Notes: generated by a model not told the origin, from the letters alone. Counted from the first letter of the whole stretch, positions 36,490 through 49,789 are shown. The stretch: DNA of 54,816 bases, filler included, from Sphacelaria rigidula (GCA_964200075.2; 5 parts of 5 records of this genome joined end to end with filler, not necessarily neighbours in it), one strand, 5' to 3'. Made by a program: numbers and translations.

Positions 36490-37928
36490 CTGACTACTTT
36501 AGTGTCTTCATACTTTTTCGGTGCGACAATTGCGTAGCCACAACTGCCGCCGCAGAGTTGTGGTAGTAGCGACCGCCGCTCCAGCGTGCAGAGTACTGTA
36601 GCGCACACTATTTGTTCTTTCGCGCGATAATCTGCACCAACCCAATTGATACATTCGGTGCTGTACGTCTCTCATCGCACCTCTCATCAGCTTTCTATCA
36701 CACCTCCGCCCCGCGACTTTTCCGCTGGGTGAGCACTACGTGGTCAACTTTTCACTTTTGGGTCGTGCATTCCCCGACGCGCTAATCCTCTTGTGTGCGT
36801 GTACTGGTGAATACATTTTTTTTTTAAATCTTTCGCGCGGGTACTACGTCCACGGTTTCTTTTTCCTTTTAGCCTTACATAGCGTGTTCCGCTTTTTCCT
36901 CTTTGGTGCTCCACTACCTGGATCGCTTCACGATTCCCTGATTTCTTGCTCGAAATTTCGTATCCCCCTGTAGTTTTTTCAGCTTGGCGCCTGACCTGTA
37001 CCAACAACTAGTGTTTCAGTCGACTGCTACAGCTGTCTTCTCTTGGACCCCTGCACTTGAGTTCACTGTTTTGCACCCTCGTTGCCGCCCTTTTGATTCT
37101 CTTTCTGTCTTGAATTTCACAGATATTTACACATCGCCTCTCTTTTGGCAACGTACTCTACTCACTAGTATTGGTGCCTCCTTCCGCGGTCTCGACTGGT
37201 GTTTTTCTACACCTCCTGTGTGCGGTATTTTACTTGCACCACTGCAATACCCTTGTCCAGCGTGTGCCTGGCCACTACGTATCCCTGTCATATTTGCCGT
37301 GCACAGCGCGCCCGTCGGACATCTGCCCGGGTGTCTGTCTCCTTTCACAGTCGCCTCATTGTTAGGTTTTACTCTTGCACCAAGCCTCTCGTGCGACAGC
37401 TGTTGGGTTTATCTGTGAGTTTTTTCCTTTGCGATTATTTACACCTTTGGTACACCTTCAGTGCGCCCCCCCTACTACTCCCCCATACACAGTTTCCTCT
37501 AGAGGTGTCTTATTTCCGTCGCAGATCCTCTCTTTTCGGCGTTTCATGATCTCCGCCTTTTTGCTCTGCTGTCTGCCTTTTGGTTTTCGGAATTGCCGAG
37601 ATTACGCTGATTGTTATTATCACAGCAGTCCACTCTAGTTTGGTGTAACTCCGTTTATAAAATTCTGTAGTCTTTACTGCTTAATTTGTTTTTCGGTCCT
37701 TACAATCTCCTGCCAAGTCTACACTACCTGCTATTATTATACAAGGACCCTTGTACTCTGGTGTCTGGCGTCCATTTTTACTTCTTCAATTTAACATTGC
37801 GCAACCGCAGAGAATAATGTTCCTCTCGGCCCTGCCTACTTACAAATATTTACGCCGTCAGCGTTTGCTTTCATCAATCCCTTTCAAAACCAAAACCCTT
37901 CACTATTACTTCCCCTGTACACAAAGAA

Positions 37929-40900
37929 GTGAAATTCGACAGAGCTTCGACCCGCAACTCTGGCGACTACACGTGTCAAGACTTGGCTGCTACTGGTGAC
38001 CACGATCGCCATCTGCCCAAGACTTCCAACATTATCAATGAGACGCTCCGCGCTCGCTCTGTTGCGAACCGCACACCGTTCAAGACTCCCGACAGTATCG
38101 ACGAGTCGCTACGCGCTTGCTCTGTCGTGGACCGTGCACTGTCCAAGACTCCCGGAATTATCGACGAGTCGCTCCGCGCTCGCTCTGTTGTGCAACGGGC
38201 TCAGTCTCGGGGTTCTCACATGTCTGATGAGTCGCCACGCGTCGCCACTGTTGTGGAACGCAAACTGCTTCAGGCTCCTACCGCGGTTATTGATTCACCC
38301 CGTGCTCGCGGTGTTTAGGGTTACGACGCCTCCCAGCGCCAGCGCCGGCAAGACATGTATCATGAGGACACTTCTATTCACCGCACCTCGCGCCGAACAT
38401 CCTCCTCGCGTCTTGGCCGCTCCGAAGCGCCTTCCACAGAGCACTTGCCTTTAGTAACGGCTCTTGAGCACTTGCTTCGTTCATCACCGGCTGTCATTTC
38501 TGACGGTCCGGCGACAACTGCCCCTTCACAAGCGCTTGCAACCGCGTTTCACACAGCCGTTGAACATTCAACGTCTTCTGATCATGTTCACTTTGACAGT
38601 AATATGAACCATCGAGCCTCTGCACCACTGGCTGCAGACCCTGATGACGTACGTTCAGCCTCGGATGTCGCTTCTGATTTGGATTTGGATCATGACGACC
38701 TTGTTCACCACGGCGATACCACTACTCATGCCCATGATGTACGTGCTCTGTTCTCGGGACTATCTTCAACCACGGGATCCTCGTGGCCTAAATCTGTCGA
38801 TCAGACACATGTGAGCTCACGACTGCCCCTTGATGCTTCGTTGGCTAATATTCACGCACCTTTGCGCAGCGGACGCAGCACTCACCGTGCCCTTCCGCCC
38901 CATCCTGATGCTGCCACTGTGCGTACTGTCGAACAACAAATTGCAGATATTCGTCGCTACTGACGCTCCGCTGCAACTGTGGCCAATGCTCCTGCACCTT
39001 CGACTACTGCACCCATCGCAGCCCCTGCCCCTTCTACGGCAGCCGACATTGATACGGATGCCGAAAGCGCCCGTGTCACGCCCCCTGCTCTCCGCGCGGC
39101 GGCCCCAGCGGATTCCGCCACGGCGGATCAGGGCCACACCCCTGTCACGGCCGCCTCGGCGAGATCTGCCCCTTCGCCGCCAAATTCTACTGCCGCGGGC
39201 TTGGCTCCGGCGCCTGCCCCCGAGCCTGACACGGACGATCGCCCCCTGTTGGGCGTCGAGCATTGCCCGTCGGGGCTTCCGCCCCGGCTCTGGTTTCGTG
39301 GCGCCCGAGCAGACCAGGAACAAATTCTGGCTGAATATCAGGCTTTCGAACCGGCCACGGCCCCGGCGCCACCTTCACCCCGACAACCGGCGGACAACGC
39401 TGCTCCCCGTCTCCTTCAGGATGACCTCGCGGAACGACTGGTGCGCCAACGCCAGGCAGTTGATTCGGCATCCAGCCGCTAGCGGGCGGCTCAACGTACC
39501 CTGAATGAACGCCTCGCTGCGCTCAGCCAGATGCAGGATTCCGTACGACGCGATGAACACCGCTTGTGTCAGTGCGAGACCGCGACAGAAACTGCGACCA
39601 CGGCCCTACGTTCCCTGGAACACGAGCAACATCTCCCTCTGCTCCGGACAACGCCGACTGAGCCTGCACCTTCCGCCGCCATTTCTGGCTCTAGAACAGA
39701 CCGCCAGCCTTCGCGCTTACACGCTTCTGCCGCGGCTTGTGCGGCTTCGCCTACGCTTCCCCCGCCTGCACCACTGCAGGTCCCTCGGGCTTCGGCGCCC
39801 CCCGCCGCCACACCCGGACTGCACCTGCAGGGCAGCCAACGTGCTTGGCTCGGTTGGACGCTCCGCCAACTTTCGGGAGAGTGCACCTGCAACAACGTCC
39901 TTCGCGCCTCTGAGCAGGCTTGGAGCTCTCTCATCCTGCCCGTCAGTAGTGTGATCGTCCCCTTTCTTCAACAAGGTGGACAGCTGCCGCACAACGACCC
40001 AGGCGCCCTTACCATCGACAAATCGTGCTTTATCTCACGATTGGTGCCGGGGACGGTCGTTCTAATTATGAGACCACCGTCGCCGCCCTCTTTGCCGCCA
40101 TGCGGGCAGCTCGCAACACACTGCCGCACGACGATGATGGAGCTTGGATCACCCCGCACCACCCTCGCCATCGTCATGATGATGACGACTCTGACGACGA
40201 CCCTTCAGGGGCTGCTCCACGCCGTGGACACGGGCCCCACCGCACTAACAACAACAGCCGACGATCGACCCGAGGCACTCACAAACGGGCTGGGAACCAG
40301 TCTTCGGGTTCGTCGACTGCACGACATCGCCACCACGCCTCCACGCGGTACGACCAGCCCTCATCGGCCGTCAGGCAAGTAACGCCTCCTTTAGCTGATG
40401 CGTGTGCTCGCATTCTAGGTCTCACGGATAGTGATCGTGACAATTCGGCTCGCCCATTGTCTTCCAACTCGGATCGGTCACTAGCTGCCGCCGCCGCAGC
40501 CAAACGCCAAGCTGCCGCGGATAAAATGGCGTCCGATACTCGTAGAGAAGCGTCTCGTGTCGCTGTCGTAAAGCGGGAATACTTACAGATGAATGTAAAA
40601 AAACTCTGGCATATCAAAACCATGCCTGCTACAGACAATGAAGACTCTGGTCAGTTTACGTCAGCCATCATTCCCTCAATGCGTCGAACGATGCGCAACA
40701 TCCTTGAATTGGCCGATGCAACTGGTCAACAACGTTTCGAATATTCCGACTGGGTTGATGAATGGCAAACACCGCTGCATAAGGCTTTGCACCGCTCAAT
40801 CAGCCGCCGCCCCCTGACGTTGTTGCCTCTTTGACGCAGATTCTCGATTCCTTCTTCGCCGCCATGGGCCAAGATCGTGCCAGCGGGCAACCAGCATCGC

Positions 40901-41940
40901 TATTATTCAGCAATTTGGAAAGGTGTTTCATGGGTTATTTCAATAAGTCTGACCAGGCCGGCGCCATCAAGCGCCTCAGTTCCTTCGCCGTCGCGACAGA
41001 CGTGCCCTTTGCTGACTACCTCCGCGAATTCAAGCTTTTGGTTTCGAGTGTGACTGGCACCGGGCGATAGAATGGCCCTAGTGATGCTATGTGTCAAACA
41101 TACGTTCGCAATAGTATCGCTCAGCAATTTCCGACGCTGATGCCGTCTTTGTTTCCGGGCGCTTTGACGCACAAAGAGGTGCCTTACGACTCCGTAGACG
41201 CGATGTTGAATCCGTTTGTAGATCAGGAACATAATTTGACGCCTGCCATTCGTGGCGCACGGTGTTCTTCGGGGTCTTCGCAGACCTTGCGTGCCGCATC
41301 AACGAGTGTCTCCGGGCCTCGTGGACGCACTCAGTCTTTGTCCAATCATACTTGGACACCAAACTCTGTCGGTGGATCGGTCATGTCTGTTTGTAGCAAA
41401 AGAGACCCGTTCCGTGCAAGCTTCGATGCTTGTCCTTTTTCGACGGACACTTTTGATGACGTTTATGTCGTTTCCACGACTGCTTTTATCACCGATGACC
41501 CACATTTGTGGATCCCATTGCTTTCGCCTTCGGCTCGCAGGGATGCTTTTCGGCGCCATGCTAACACATGCATTAACTGCAATGGTACTGGCCACAGTAT
41601 GCGAGATTGCCCTGAACCTTGCATCATTGTTTTTTCGCTGATGAACCCTGAACTTCAGAGCAACAGGCAGGCGTGGCGTCGATGACAAAAACGCATGCGC
41701 GAGTATACTCCACCTTCTCGCCACCCTCGCCAGCCTTACCAAAATCATAGCGACTCTCGCTCAAACCGCGACCGCCGCCACACCACTAACACAGTCTCAG
41801 GTCCTCGCCATAGAGATCGTGCTTTCCGCCCTTCTCAGTCTTCGCATGGTCATCACCAGCGAACAGGGCCGACTCACAACAACCACAACCCCAATGCCAG
41901 AAACCCTGGTTCTTTCATGACGGATCGCAACGACCCATGA
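37929..41940 (+). pseudogene. Degraded gypsy gag region
   Basis: Broken ORFs; FADYLREFK-like capsid segment near 41010; CCHC knuckle CINCNGTGHSMRDC at 41569-41610; 5' limit uncertain. Confidence 0.75.
38019..38315 (+). repeat. 63-bp (21-aa) tandem repeat, about 5 diverging copies
   Basis: KTSNIINETLRARSVANRTPF / KTPDSIDESLRACSVVDRALS / KTPGIIDESLRARSVVQRAQS / ... Confidence 0.85.
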
Positions 41941-41955
41941 CACGCCGGCGACGGC

Positions 41956-43770
41956 GTGAAGTCTTCGGCGCCGCCGATAGCAGAATCGAAGACTCCTCCA
42001 ACACACAACACCGCTCGGGTGACAACACGTTCTCACCCATCACTATTCAGGAGATCTAATGACGGCCGCTCTTCTCGACCCCCGTCTTTATCTTCATATA
42101 CGCAGCGTAACCGTTGTGTGGACTCACAACCCAACTCTATGCTTGGCTCCAGAATTGGTCCTCCGGAACTAAGTATCAATCTGAGGTCTGGGAAGACCGA
42201 CCGCGGACCCTTGAGGCACAGGCTTTCCTCAACGACCGCACGCACCGGTTGTAGCAGACTTCCTTCACCTGGTTCTGGTGCTGATGGTTCGAAACTGACC
42301 GCTTCAAACCCTTCGACTCCCGCCCGGCCTGATCGTAGTCGTTTTTTGCGGCACTCTTCTTCCGCGAAACTACCCCGACATACAGCGGACAACACTCGTC
42401 CTCTTTCACATTTAGCAGTGCCCTTCGTACCGAGCTTGCCAGCGCACAGTCCACAAGTTTCGGCCGAGCATGCCCCGATGTTGACAACATCACCTCAACT
42501 GGGCGCAGATGCAGTTTCCCAAGAAGTCTTGGAAGTTCCCAATCATTTGTCATGGCACGAGCGGAAGCCTCGCCGTCACGCCCCCACGGAAGCGCGAGCA
42601 TTGACACGTCCCCCTCCCGTCAGAGGAAAATTCCGACCTCATTCTCCCCAAAAAGCGGCGACTTTGAGCTCGACGACATTGCCAGGCATCCCAGAGAAAT
42701 CCAAATCGGACCTTTCAGGCGGTACTGCATCCTCCACCGATGACCCCTGTCGCACTTCGCAGCAATTTCTATTCAACAATGATCCTTGTACTTCCAAGCC
42801 AGTGATCTACGAGATTGATCAAACTCATAATACACGCTGCCCTTCACGATCGGATCAGACCCCCACGATGTCTACCGATACCTTCGAACCCCCCGCGGAT
42901 CACCCGCCATCCGTTTTCACGGTCAGTCCAACTAATCCTGACCAATTCACCTTATTTGAACATGGCCCTGGCCTTGTTGGTGGTAAGGTGTCCGTTGATC
43001 CTACCACCTTCACTACCCGCGTAGCATTACACTGCGACCCTTACGCCACCGCGCGTGCCAAGTGCGTCTCGTTGTTAGACAGCGGAAGTCCCCAGACATT
43101 CATCAAAGAATCCATGTGGAATCATATGAAGCAGACTAGCGCTGCTTCCGATGTCTGCGAAATCACCACCCAACCTCGCGTTTGGGGCGGTTTCGGCGAC
43201 TCCAATTCACCCTTGACGACACGAAAATCTGTTTGTCTTAGTGTGCAATTGTTACACCACGATACACGCTCGGCTAGTCTCACAGTCTGGGCTTACATCG
43301 TCCCTGACAGCACCATGCATCATGCTCTCTTCCTTGCCAGAGACAGTTACATGCGCTTCGACCAACGCACATACCGCACCCTTCCACCATTATCGCCCAA
43401 GTCGGCGCCTCGTGGAGAACTCCAACTCGAAGACTTTGGTACCCTCAATGGTGCCTTAGCCTACAAAAAGAATGAGCAGGCTACCGGAGCGGCTTACCAC
43501 CTTCGGTACACTGGCAGTTCTGGTGTCACCCTTTCCGACGAGCCTCAACTCTTAAAAGTTTCGCTTGTTCGCCGCAACGGTATGCCTGCCCTCACCGGCC
43601 ACTACCTTGCCGAATTACTGCCTAAAGTCGGTGCGCCCGCTGGCACTGAGCTCTTGTCTCGGACGGCGACCAACTCCTGCCTTTCACAGGCCATGCTAAT
43701 TTGGAACCTGGCGATGTCTTGGGCATCGCCGCGGCTCCTCTTATGCACATTCCTCTGGAAACTTGTGTAG
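41956..43770 (+). pseudogene. Gypsy pol N-terminus with aspartic protease
   Basis: LLDSGS at 43072-43089 followed by FI and a later ALFLARD (L-L-G-R-D-like) motif; RT and RNase H are not in the contig. Confidence 0.85.
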
Positions 43771-43834
43771 CCGACCCTCCGGCGCCTGATCTCACGCCGC
43801 CGACTAATAACAGCTGATTCTCGAAACTTTTAAG

Positions 43835-43934
43835 NNNNNNNNNNNNNNNNNNNNNNNNNNNNNNNNNNNNNNNNNNNNTTAATTAATTAANNNNNNNNNN
43901 NNNNNNNNNNNNNNNNNNNNNNNNNNNNNNNNNN
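43835..43934. other. Artificial contig spacer
   Basis: N-run with TTAATTAATTAA. Confidence 0.98.
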
Positions 43935-44005
43935 AGCAGGAAACGGTATTGGAAAGGCGAGCCTACGTCTGTGACCACGGGTTCGCGAGATCGGACTGAT
44001 GTGTG
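43935..44005 (+). repeat. Retroposon-like 3' end with an inverted copy at 45341-45410
   Basis: acggta(t/c)tggaaag(g/a)cgagcctacgtctgtgaccacgggttcg(c/a)gagatcggact(g/a)atgtg. Confidence 0.75.
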
Positions 44006-44082
44006 GAAAAATCAAGAATACAGAAAAATAAATGGTACTTTTCTTCGCTGTTGGTTGGAAATGGAGCAGCGGCTGACCTCAC

Positions 44083-44235
44083 CGCTCAGTGTTCCAGCTC
44101 TGGCAGTACTCTCCGTTATACGATATCTCCGTACAGTTGAAGGTGTCTGCGCTCCAGTCGTTCCACCTCGGAGCGCCTCCAAGATACAGACCGTCACCGT
44201 CGTAGTAGCCTGTCTTATACCTGGCCTCGTAGTAA
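44083..44235 (-). CDS. Internal exon of an unidentified protein
   Basis: Polypyrimidine tract + cag|T-YYEARYKTGYYDGDGLYLGGAPRWNDWSADTFNCTEISYNGEYCQSWNTE-CG|gtgagg; 153 nt, phase 2-2, protein-like composition. Confidence 0.65.
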
Positions 44236-45294
44236 CTGCGTTGTTTGTCCCGAAAAACAAGAGAAGGGGAAACGTAAAAGTTTTGGCTGGAACAAGCAAT
44301 TTTGAGGAAGTAAACAGACGCAAGTGTCAGCAGTACCTGTGTTTTTGTCGCAAAAAAAGGAGGGGGGGGGGACGTACAAGTTGTGACTGGAAACAAAGGA
44401 GACTTTGAGGGGAATACAAAAGCGCAAGTATCAGCTTCAAAACAAGCAGGGGCTTCGAAAAAGGTACCTCTAGCTGCCTGCGGCTGCGATGTATGTCTCA
44501 ACGTTTCAACACGACGCTTGCATGCACTCGTGAAGAGATTAGTGATACGTGAATGTATGTATGCATGAATGCATACAGTACGCGCATTATGAACAAGAGA
44601 ACAATGCTACGGGAGGGGTGCACTTTCTGCGCAAAATGCTGTCTGGTTCAGGGGCTTCTAGTGATCCTAGATGCACAAGAACATGGGTCATGGCATTCCC
44701 GTTTGCATGTTTATTCGGGATATCCCTATTATAGTACATTGGAATAGTAATCCTGGCGTACTCCCACATATTTCATAAGTCGTGTCCTGGATGAGATGAA
44801 GGGCTCCCAACCACTCTAACCTCAGAAAGTATTATTTGTACAACCCCACCGTAGCATCACTCGAGAACGGGTATAATTCGTGCGAGGAATGAGTTTTGCT
44901 GTGCACATGCCTCATGTGGCCGTTACGTTGAGCTCGCTTCGATGTCTCACTTGCTAGTCCTGAAGTCCACGTCCTCCCGGGAGGCAAGTATCACATAGAA
45001 ATCGCACCACGAGTGCTGACCCACTACTGTGGGGCTTATTGTACACAGCTTATCGTCCACAGAAAAATACCGTGCGCACTCGATCTCGACGCCATCTCCG
45101 AGCAGGCCATCATCCGGTACGGCATATTTCGCAGCTTAAAGCAGTTACTTCAAGAGTATTCACACTTTCATATTCGATCTCCGGAAGGAGAAACAATCCT
45201 TCATGAAATGTCCGTCTGAGTCTACACGCACAGAGTCGCCAGGTACTCTACCCGTGTCGGCTTCCCGGACTGCGGTGGATATGCGTCCATGCCC

Positions 45295-45410
45295 TTATTC
45301 TTCTTCTTCTTCTTCTTCTTCTTATTATTATTATTATATCCGCACATTAGTCCGATCTCTCGAACCCGTGGTCACAGACGTAGGCTCGTCTTTCCAGTAC
45401 CGTCCCAGCT
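45295..45410 (-). repeat. Retroposon-like 3' end with (TAA)n(GAA)n tail
   Basis: Inverted copy of 43935-44005 followed on the minus strand by a simple-repeat tail. Confidence 0.7.
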
Positions 45411-46111
45411 ATTCCTTAGAAGACATGGAGTCCTCCATCATCTTGTTTTAAATCCAGCCTAATTACAAGAAAAAAAACGATCATCTCAAATATCACCAAA
45501 ATAAAAATAAGAAGAAATACGCCAAGAGAAACATGAGAAGTAGCTTTCGCGAGTTCAAGGGGGTGAAAAACAATGAAGATCAACTACGAAAAGCGCACCG
45601 ACAGAAAAAGGAAACAAAAGACAAGACAAGACAAGACAAGACAAGACAAGAAGAGACGAATGGCACAAAGCACATATACACTTTACGCCATCGCTCAGAA
45701 CATCAGTGTTAAGCCTTCTTTACCGCTGCCCGGAGGGTCTCTATCGTCTGATGCCTTCTGATGAAGGTGCACACTCAAAACTGGCGCTTGAAAACTCGCA
45801 TACGTTCAAAGAATCAAGGAATACTCAGGAATGTCGCAAAAAAAAAGAAAAGTTGTTGACGCTTGAGTCAGGTATGTTTACGCCTCGCGTGGACTCCGAC
45901 CGGGGCGCTGTCTCCAGTTTTGGTGTCGGGAGACCACTTGGCATGCCTCCGCGGCACGAGAATACTCGGCGATAAAGCACACGGAAGAAAAAATTTCCGG
46001 GTGAATGAGGTTTCCACCCCCGAAAATCACGTGCAACTTACGTAGAAACGAACAACCTTAGCGAACAGTCAACGCATTGTACGTTGTACATTATACGTTT
46101 TCGTTGTACTC

Positions 46112-46169
46112 GTTGTGGTTGTGGTTGTTGTTGTTGTGGTTGTTGTGGTTGTTGTTGTGGTTGTTGTGG

Positions 46170-46243
<74 letters not shown>

Positions 46244-46251
46244 ATTGTTGT
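46112..46251. repeat. (GTT)n / (GTG) trinucleotide microsatellite
   Basis: Directly visible. Confidence 0.98.
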
Positions 46252-46533
46252 TTCTAGCATTAGCCCTATTCCAGAAACCTAGTCATCGTGGTCACATTCG
46301 TAGGTGTATATCATGGACTACCATGGGAGGCACGCACAGTGCACCTGACGACCACAAGACCATTTGAACACAGCATAAGGCCGGCACACTCTCACTCGTT
46401 TATCGGAAGGGTCGGTTCGAGTTGCCATGGTCTTTCGTGTAAATTAGCACAATTGGACACCGTTGATACGCCGGAAAGCCCTACCAACCACGCCCACAAA
46501 GGCTCGAAATCCCCTTGTGTTCTTACAGCCTTC

Positions 46534-46831
46534 GCCGCGCCCCGCTGGTGTGATGGTCCGACTGTCACCATCAGGGTGGACAGGACGCCGTTTCGATTCC
46601 CCATGTGTTGGGTTTTTCTTCGTAAAATCTGATTTCAGGCGTCGAAAGCGTGACTACTTGTGTAAACAAAAAAATAGTTGACTTTGTTCGTTTTTGACGA
46701 GCGTTGACGCGGTGCGGGAGTGCCGACCCAAACCACGAGACCAAAGTGCAAGAGGTGTAGCGCGGAGCGATGAGTTGATTCCTTGAGACCACGGACTCGT
46801 TCCGAGGAAGGGAAACAGTTCAAAGCGCGAC
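46534..46831 (+). mobile_element. tRNA-derived SINE, family 2
   Basis: gccgcgccccgctggtgtgatggtccgactgtc...ttcgattcc...ttgacgcggtgcgggagtg...cttgagaccacgg...ttcaaagcgcgac. Confidence 0.85.
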
Positions 46832-46835
46832 AGAT

Positions 46836-48692
46836 CTATTGATTGATGGATTGACTGATTGATTGTTGCACTTCAACTGAGCCCCCAGGGGATCCAGCCC
46901 TGGTCACATGATAGACACACTCGTGAGGAAACAACACTGAAACACTTGCTGAAGAAAACAGAAGAGAACAGAAAAGGTAGAAGAGACCAACAGATTAGAC
47001 TAGGAAGAGAGAAAAAGAAAAGGCGACACAAAAAGAAGAGGACAACAAGAGGAATAGCTGACCTCTGTCCACCACATGGCTTCGGCGGAAAAGGTTTGGC
47101 GCAGAATCACACTCATACCCAGTCGTAGAAAACAAAAGGCCATGGGCAACGACTGCGGCTCATCTGCTGCGGCCGCACTATTTGGGCATGAAGTCTCTCA
47201 CCCATGGACCCGACGGAAACAAGGCACCAAACTGCTCTGGCACACGCCGGCAGGAAAGAAACCATATATAGACAGAATCATGCGGAAAAGGGAGAGCAGA
47301 GAACAAGACTACAGAAATGGTGAAGTCCAAAGAATTTAAGGCAGCAGAGCAGAACCATCGACCAAGGACACAATCAGCAATCAACGACGGACAGGGGAAG
47401 ACAGGATTTTTCCATTGGAGGCTCTCGATGCAGCAGCCTCTCGTTTGTGACGGTGGTCCGATTCTCGATTGCCTTCGCGTCGCCACGTATCCTCAAACTC
47501 TTCCGCTCCTTCTTCGACTTCAATATGTCGTTCGCTCATGTTCTTCGCCGCCGTGATCCAATCGTATGCATCGTTAACCTCCACTCTGTAGGCGAATCAT
47601 TCCCGTCGTGCTTCTTTCTGCGGAATAGTCCCTAGTGCACGTAGCTTCCCCTGGAGGTTTTTCTCCCATCGTTTGCGGGGGCGGCCAGTCTCCACTGGCC
47701 CTCGTGCAGTTAACCGTCCGTTCATGACGTGTTCAGGAAGGCGTGTTTCCTTCTGCCGGACAAGGTCTTTCGCGAAGCAGAGTTAACGTTTGCGGATAGT
47801 CGCCTCGATACTGTCGAACTTGATCATCTCGAGCACCGCTCTCTACGAAACAGGCTTGTAGGAATTTCAATTTTTTTTGCGGAATCCAACTGCTCGCAAT
47901 AATAGCATGTGACGGGCAGTGCGCAGTCTGTCCTCAGAACGTAACGTCCATGCGACACATTCGTACAACAGAGCTTGTACCACCTCCGCTTTAAGCAAAC
48001 GGACGTTCAAGGATAGCTGGGCGTTGGGTCGATCGTAAAGTTTTTATTTTATTATTAGTAGTAGTATTTATTAATTTGTCGCACTTTGAATCTCCCCCCT
48101 TCCTCGGGATGAGCTCGTGGTCTCAAGGGATCAACCCATCTGTCCCCCGGTACACGCCTTGCATTTTGGTGTCGCGGATTGGATCATGACTATCACCACT
48201 CCCGCACCGCGTCAACTCACGTCAAACAAACTCAGTCGACTACTTTGTTTACTAACGTTCTCACGCTTTCCACGGTGGAAATCAGACATTGTGAAGAAAA
48301 ACCCAACGCGTCGGGAATCGAACCTTCGTTCTCTCCACCCCAATGGGGACAGTCGGACCATTACACCGCCGGGGCCCGGCGGCAAGAGCTGGGAACTATA
48401 TTTTCGGAGACGCGCCCACACTGCGGTGATACGACGGTTGATTTCGACGGACATCTTTACACCCGCGCTGACAGCATCACCATGGTAGACGAACTTCGGC
48501 GTCTACTTCTACCGTTTGACCTACCGCCTTGATGTGCGGGGCGACCTCCGTGAACTGGATACTGACCACAGGCGCATGGACTCTGTCTTGCTCTCGGAGA
48601 CCGTCAGGCCGAACTCCTGGCAGGTCACTACTACCATGGTCATGATATGAGTAAGGCCGTCTGAGGTCCTCGAGGCTATGCCGACGTCCTCT
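46836..48692 (-). mobile_element. 5'-truncated, decayed RTE-like LINE (RT C-terminal part, 3' UTR, (caat)n tail)
   Basis: EDVGIASR...CQEFGLTVSESKTESM...KFVY...VEINRRITAVWARLRKYSSQL-[SINE]-YDRPNAQLSLNVRLLKAEVVQALLYECVAWTL...EATIRKR. Confidence 0.88.
48041..48380 (-). mobile_element. tRNA-derived SINE, family 2, nested in the LINE ORF
   Basis: B box ggttcgattcc; A-rich (taa/tac) tail; the LINE reading frame resumes on both sides. Confidence 0.9.
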
Positions 48693-49789
48693 ACATGAAA
48701 TTTTGTTCTCACGCGACGTACCTTTCCGGCGTCTCTTTTCAGGGTGTCACCACAACATGGTGGCCTTGTGTCACCTGTCTTTTCCTGGTTCTTGTCCTTT
48801 ATTATCTTCTCTCTTCCTTTCTTTCGGTGTACACTTCTGACAGATCTGGTGTTTGTTGTTTGTTTGTTTGTTTGTTTTGTCTTTCTTTCTTTCCTCTCTC
48901 CGTTGAACTCGGGGAAGCTACTTCTCTCCGGTTTTCGTGGCGTCGCTCTTCTTCTTATTATTTTTCTTTATTTTGGTAATGTGTCTGAGGGGCGATCGCA
49001 GAAAATGTCCCGCATAATATGATCTAGCTCGATCACCATTGCGGTTACAGCAAAAGAAGTGGTTACCTGGTTGCCTGATTTACGAACTGAGAGGCGTGCT
49101 GTATAGCGTCGGTGCCAACCGACGCCAACCCTCAAAGGGGAGTTTGGGGGGGGGGGGTACTCGGAAGGGGGGGCGGTGACATCATCACCCTGATGATGAG
49201 CACCCACATGTTGGAGGCATCTCTATTAGAGAGTAGGAACGGTGCTCCGTTTTGCAAGGGATGCGTGGTCGGTGGTCAAGCGACCAAGACAAGCGACGAA
49301 TGAGTACGCTCCCCCCCCTCCCCCCTCCAATGGTCAAATGACTAAGGCAAGCAACAAATGAGTACGCCCCCTCCCCCCTCCTGCACGAGACAGACATTTG
49401 CACCCTGGTTCATCTGACTACCCTCATACTTGACCCTTATCCTGCAGGGGGGGTGGGGTAAAGAGTGTGATGACGGCACAAAACAAATTTGGAAGGCAGC
49501 AAGTGCCAAAAGTAGGGCACGAAGGTACAGATTTTCACCCTATTGGAACATTTGATAGAAAAAATGACAAATTACGATTGACGTTTTCTTGGGCAAGATA
49601 TGCTTGTTTTTTTTGCACCCGTTGATGATGCAGCCCACCAAAGCGGTACACCACTCCAGGTTCAAGTGCATCAATGTGACAGATTCGTGCACTCTGCAAA
49701 TAGGAGTTTGTACTCCTTTTTGCGAGTTCCAGAAGAATCAAGTCCTCTTCCGAGTATAACATGGGTGTACGTACAAGCACCGCACTCGC

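Noticed and set aside
44160-44195. ILEALRGG on the minus strand as a possible NEDD8 C-terminus
   Set aside because: There is no upstream ubiquitin-like similarity, and another frame of the same DNA forms a better exon
46069-46367. Poly-Thr and poly-Leu ORFs, and the CV/HT-repeat ORFs near 25750
   Set aside because: Translations of microsatellites
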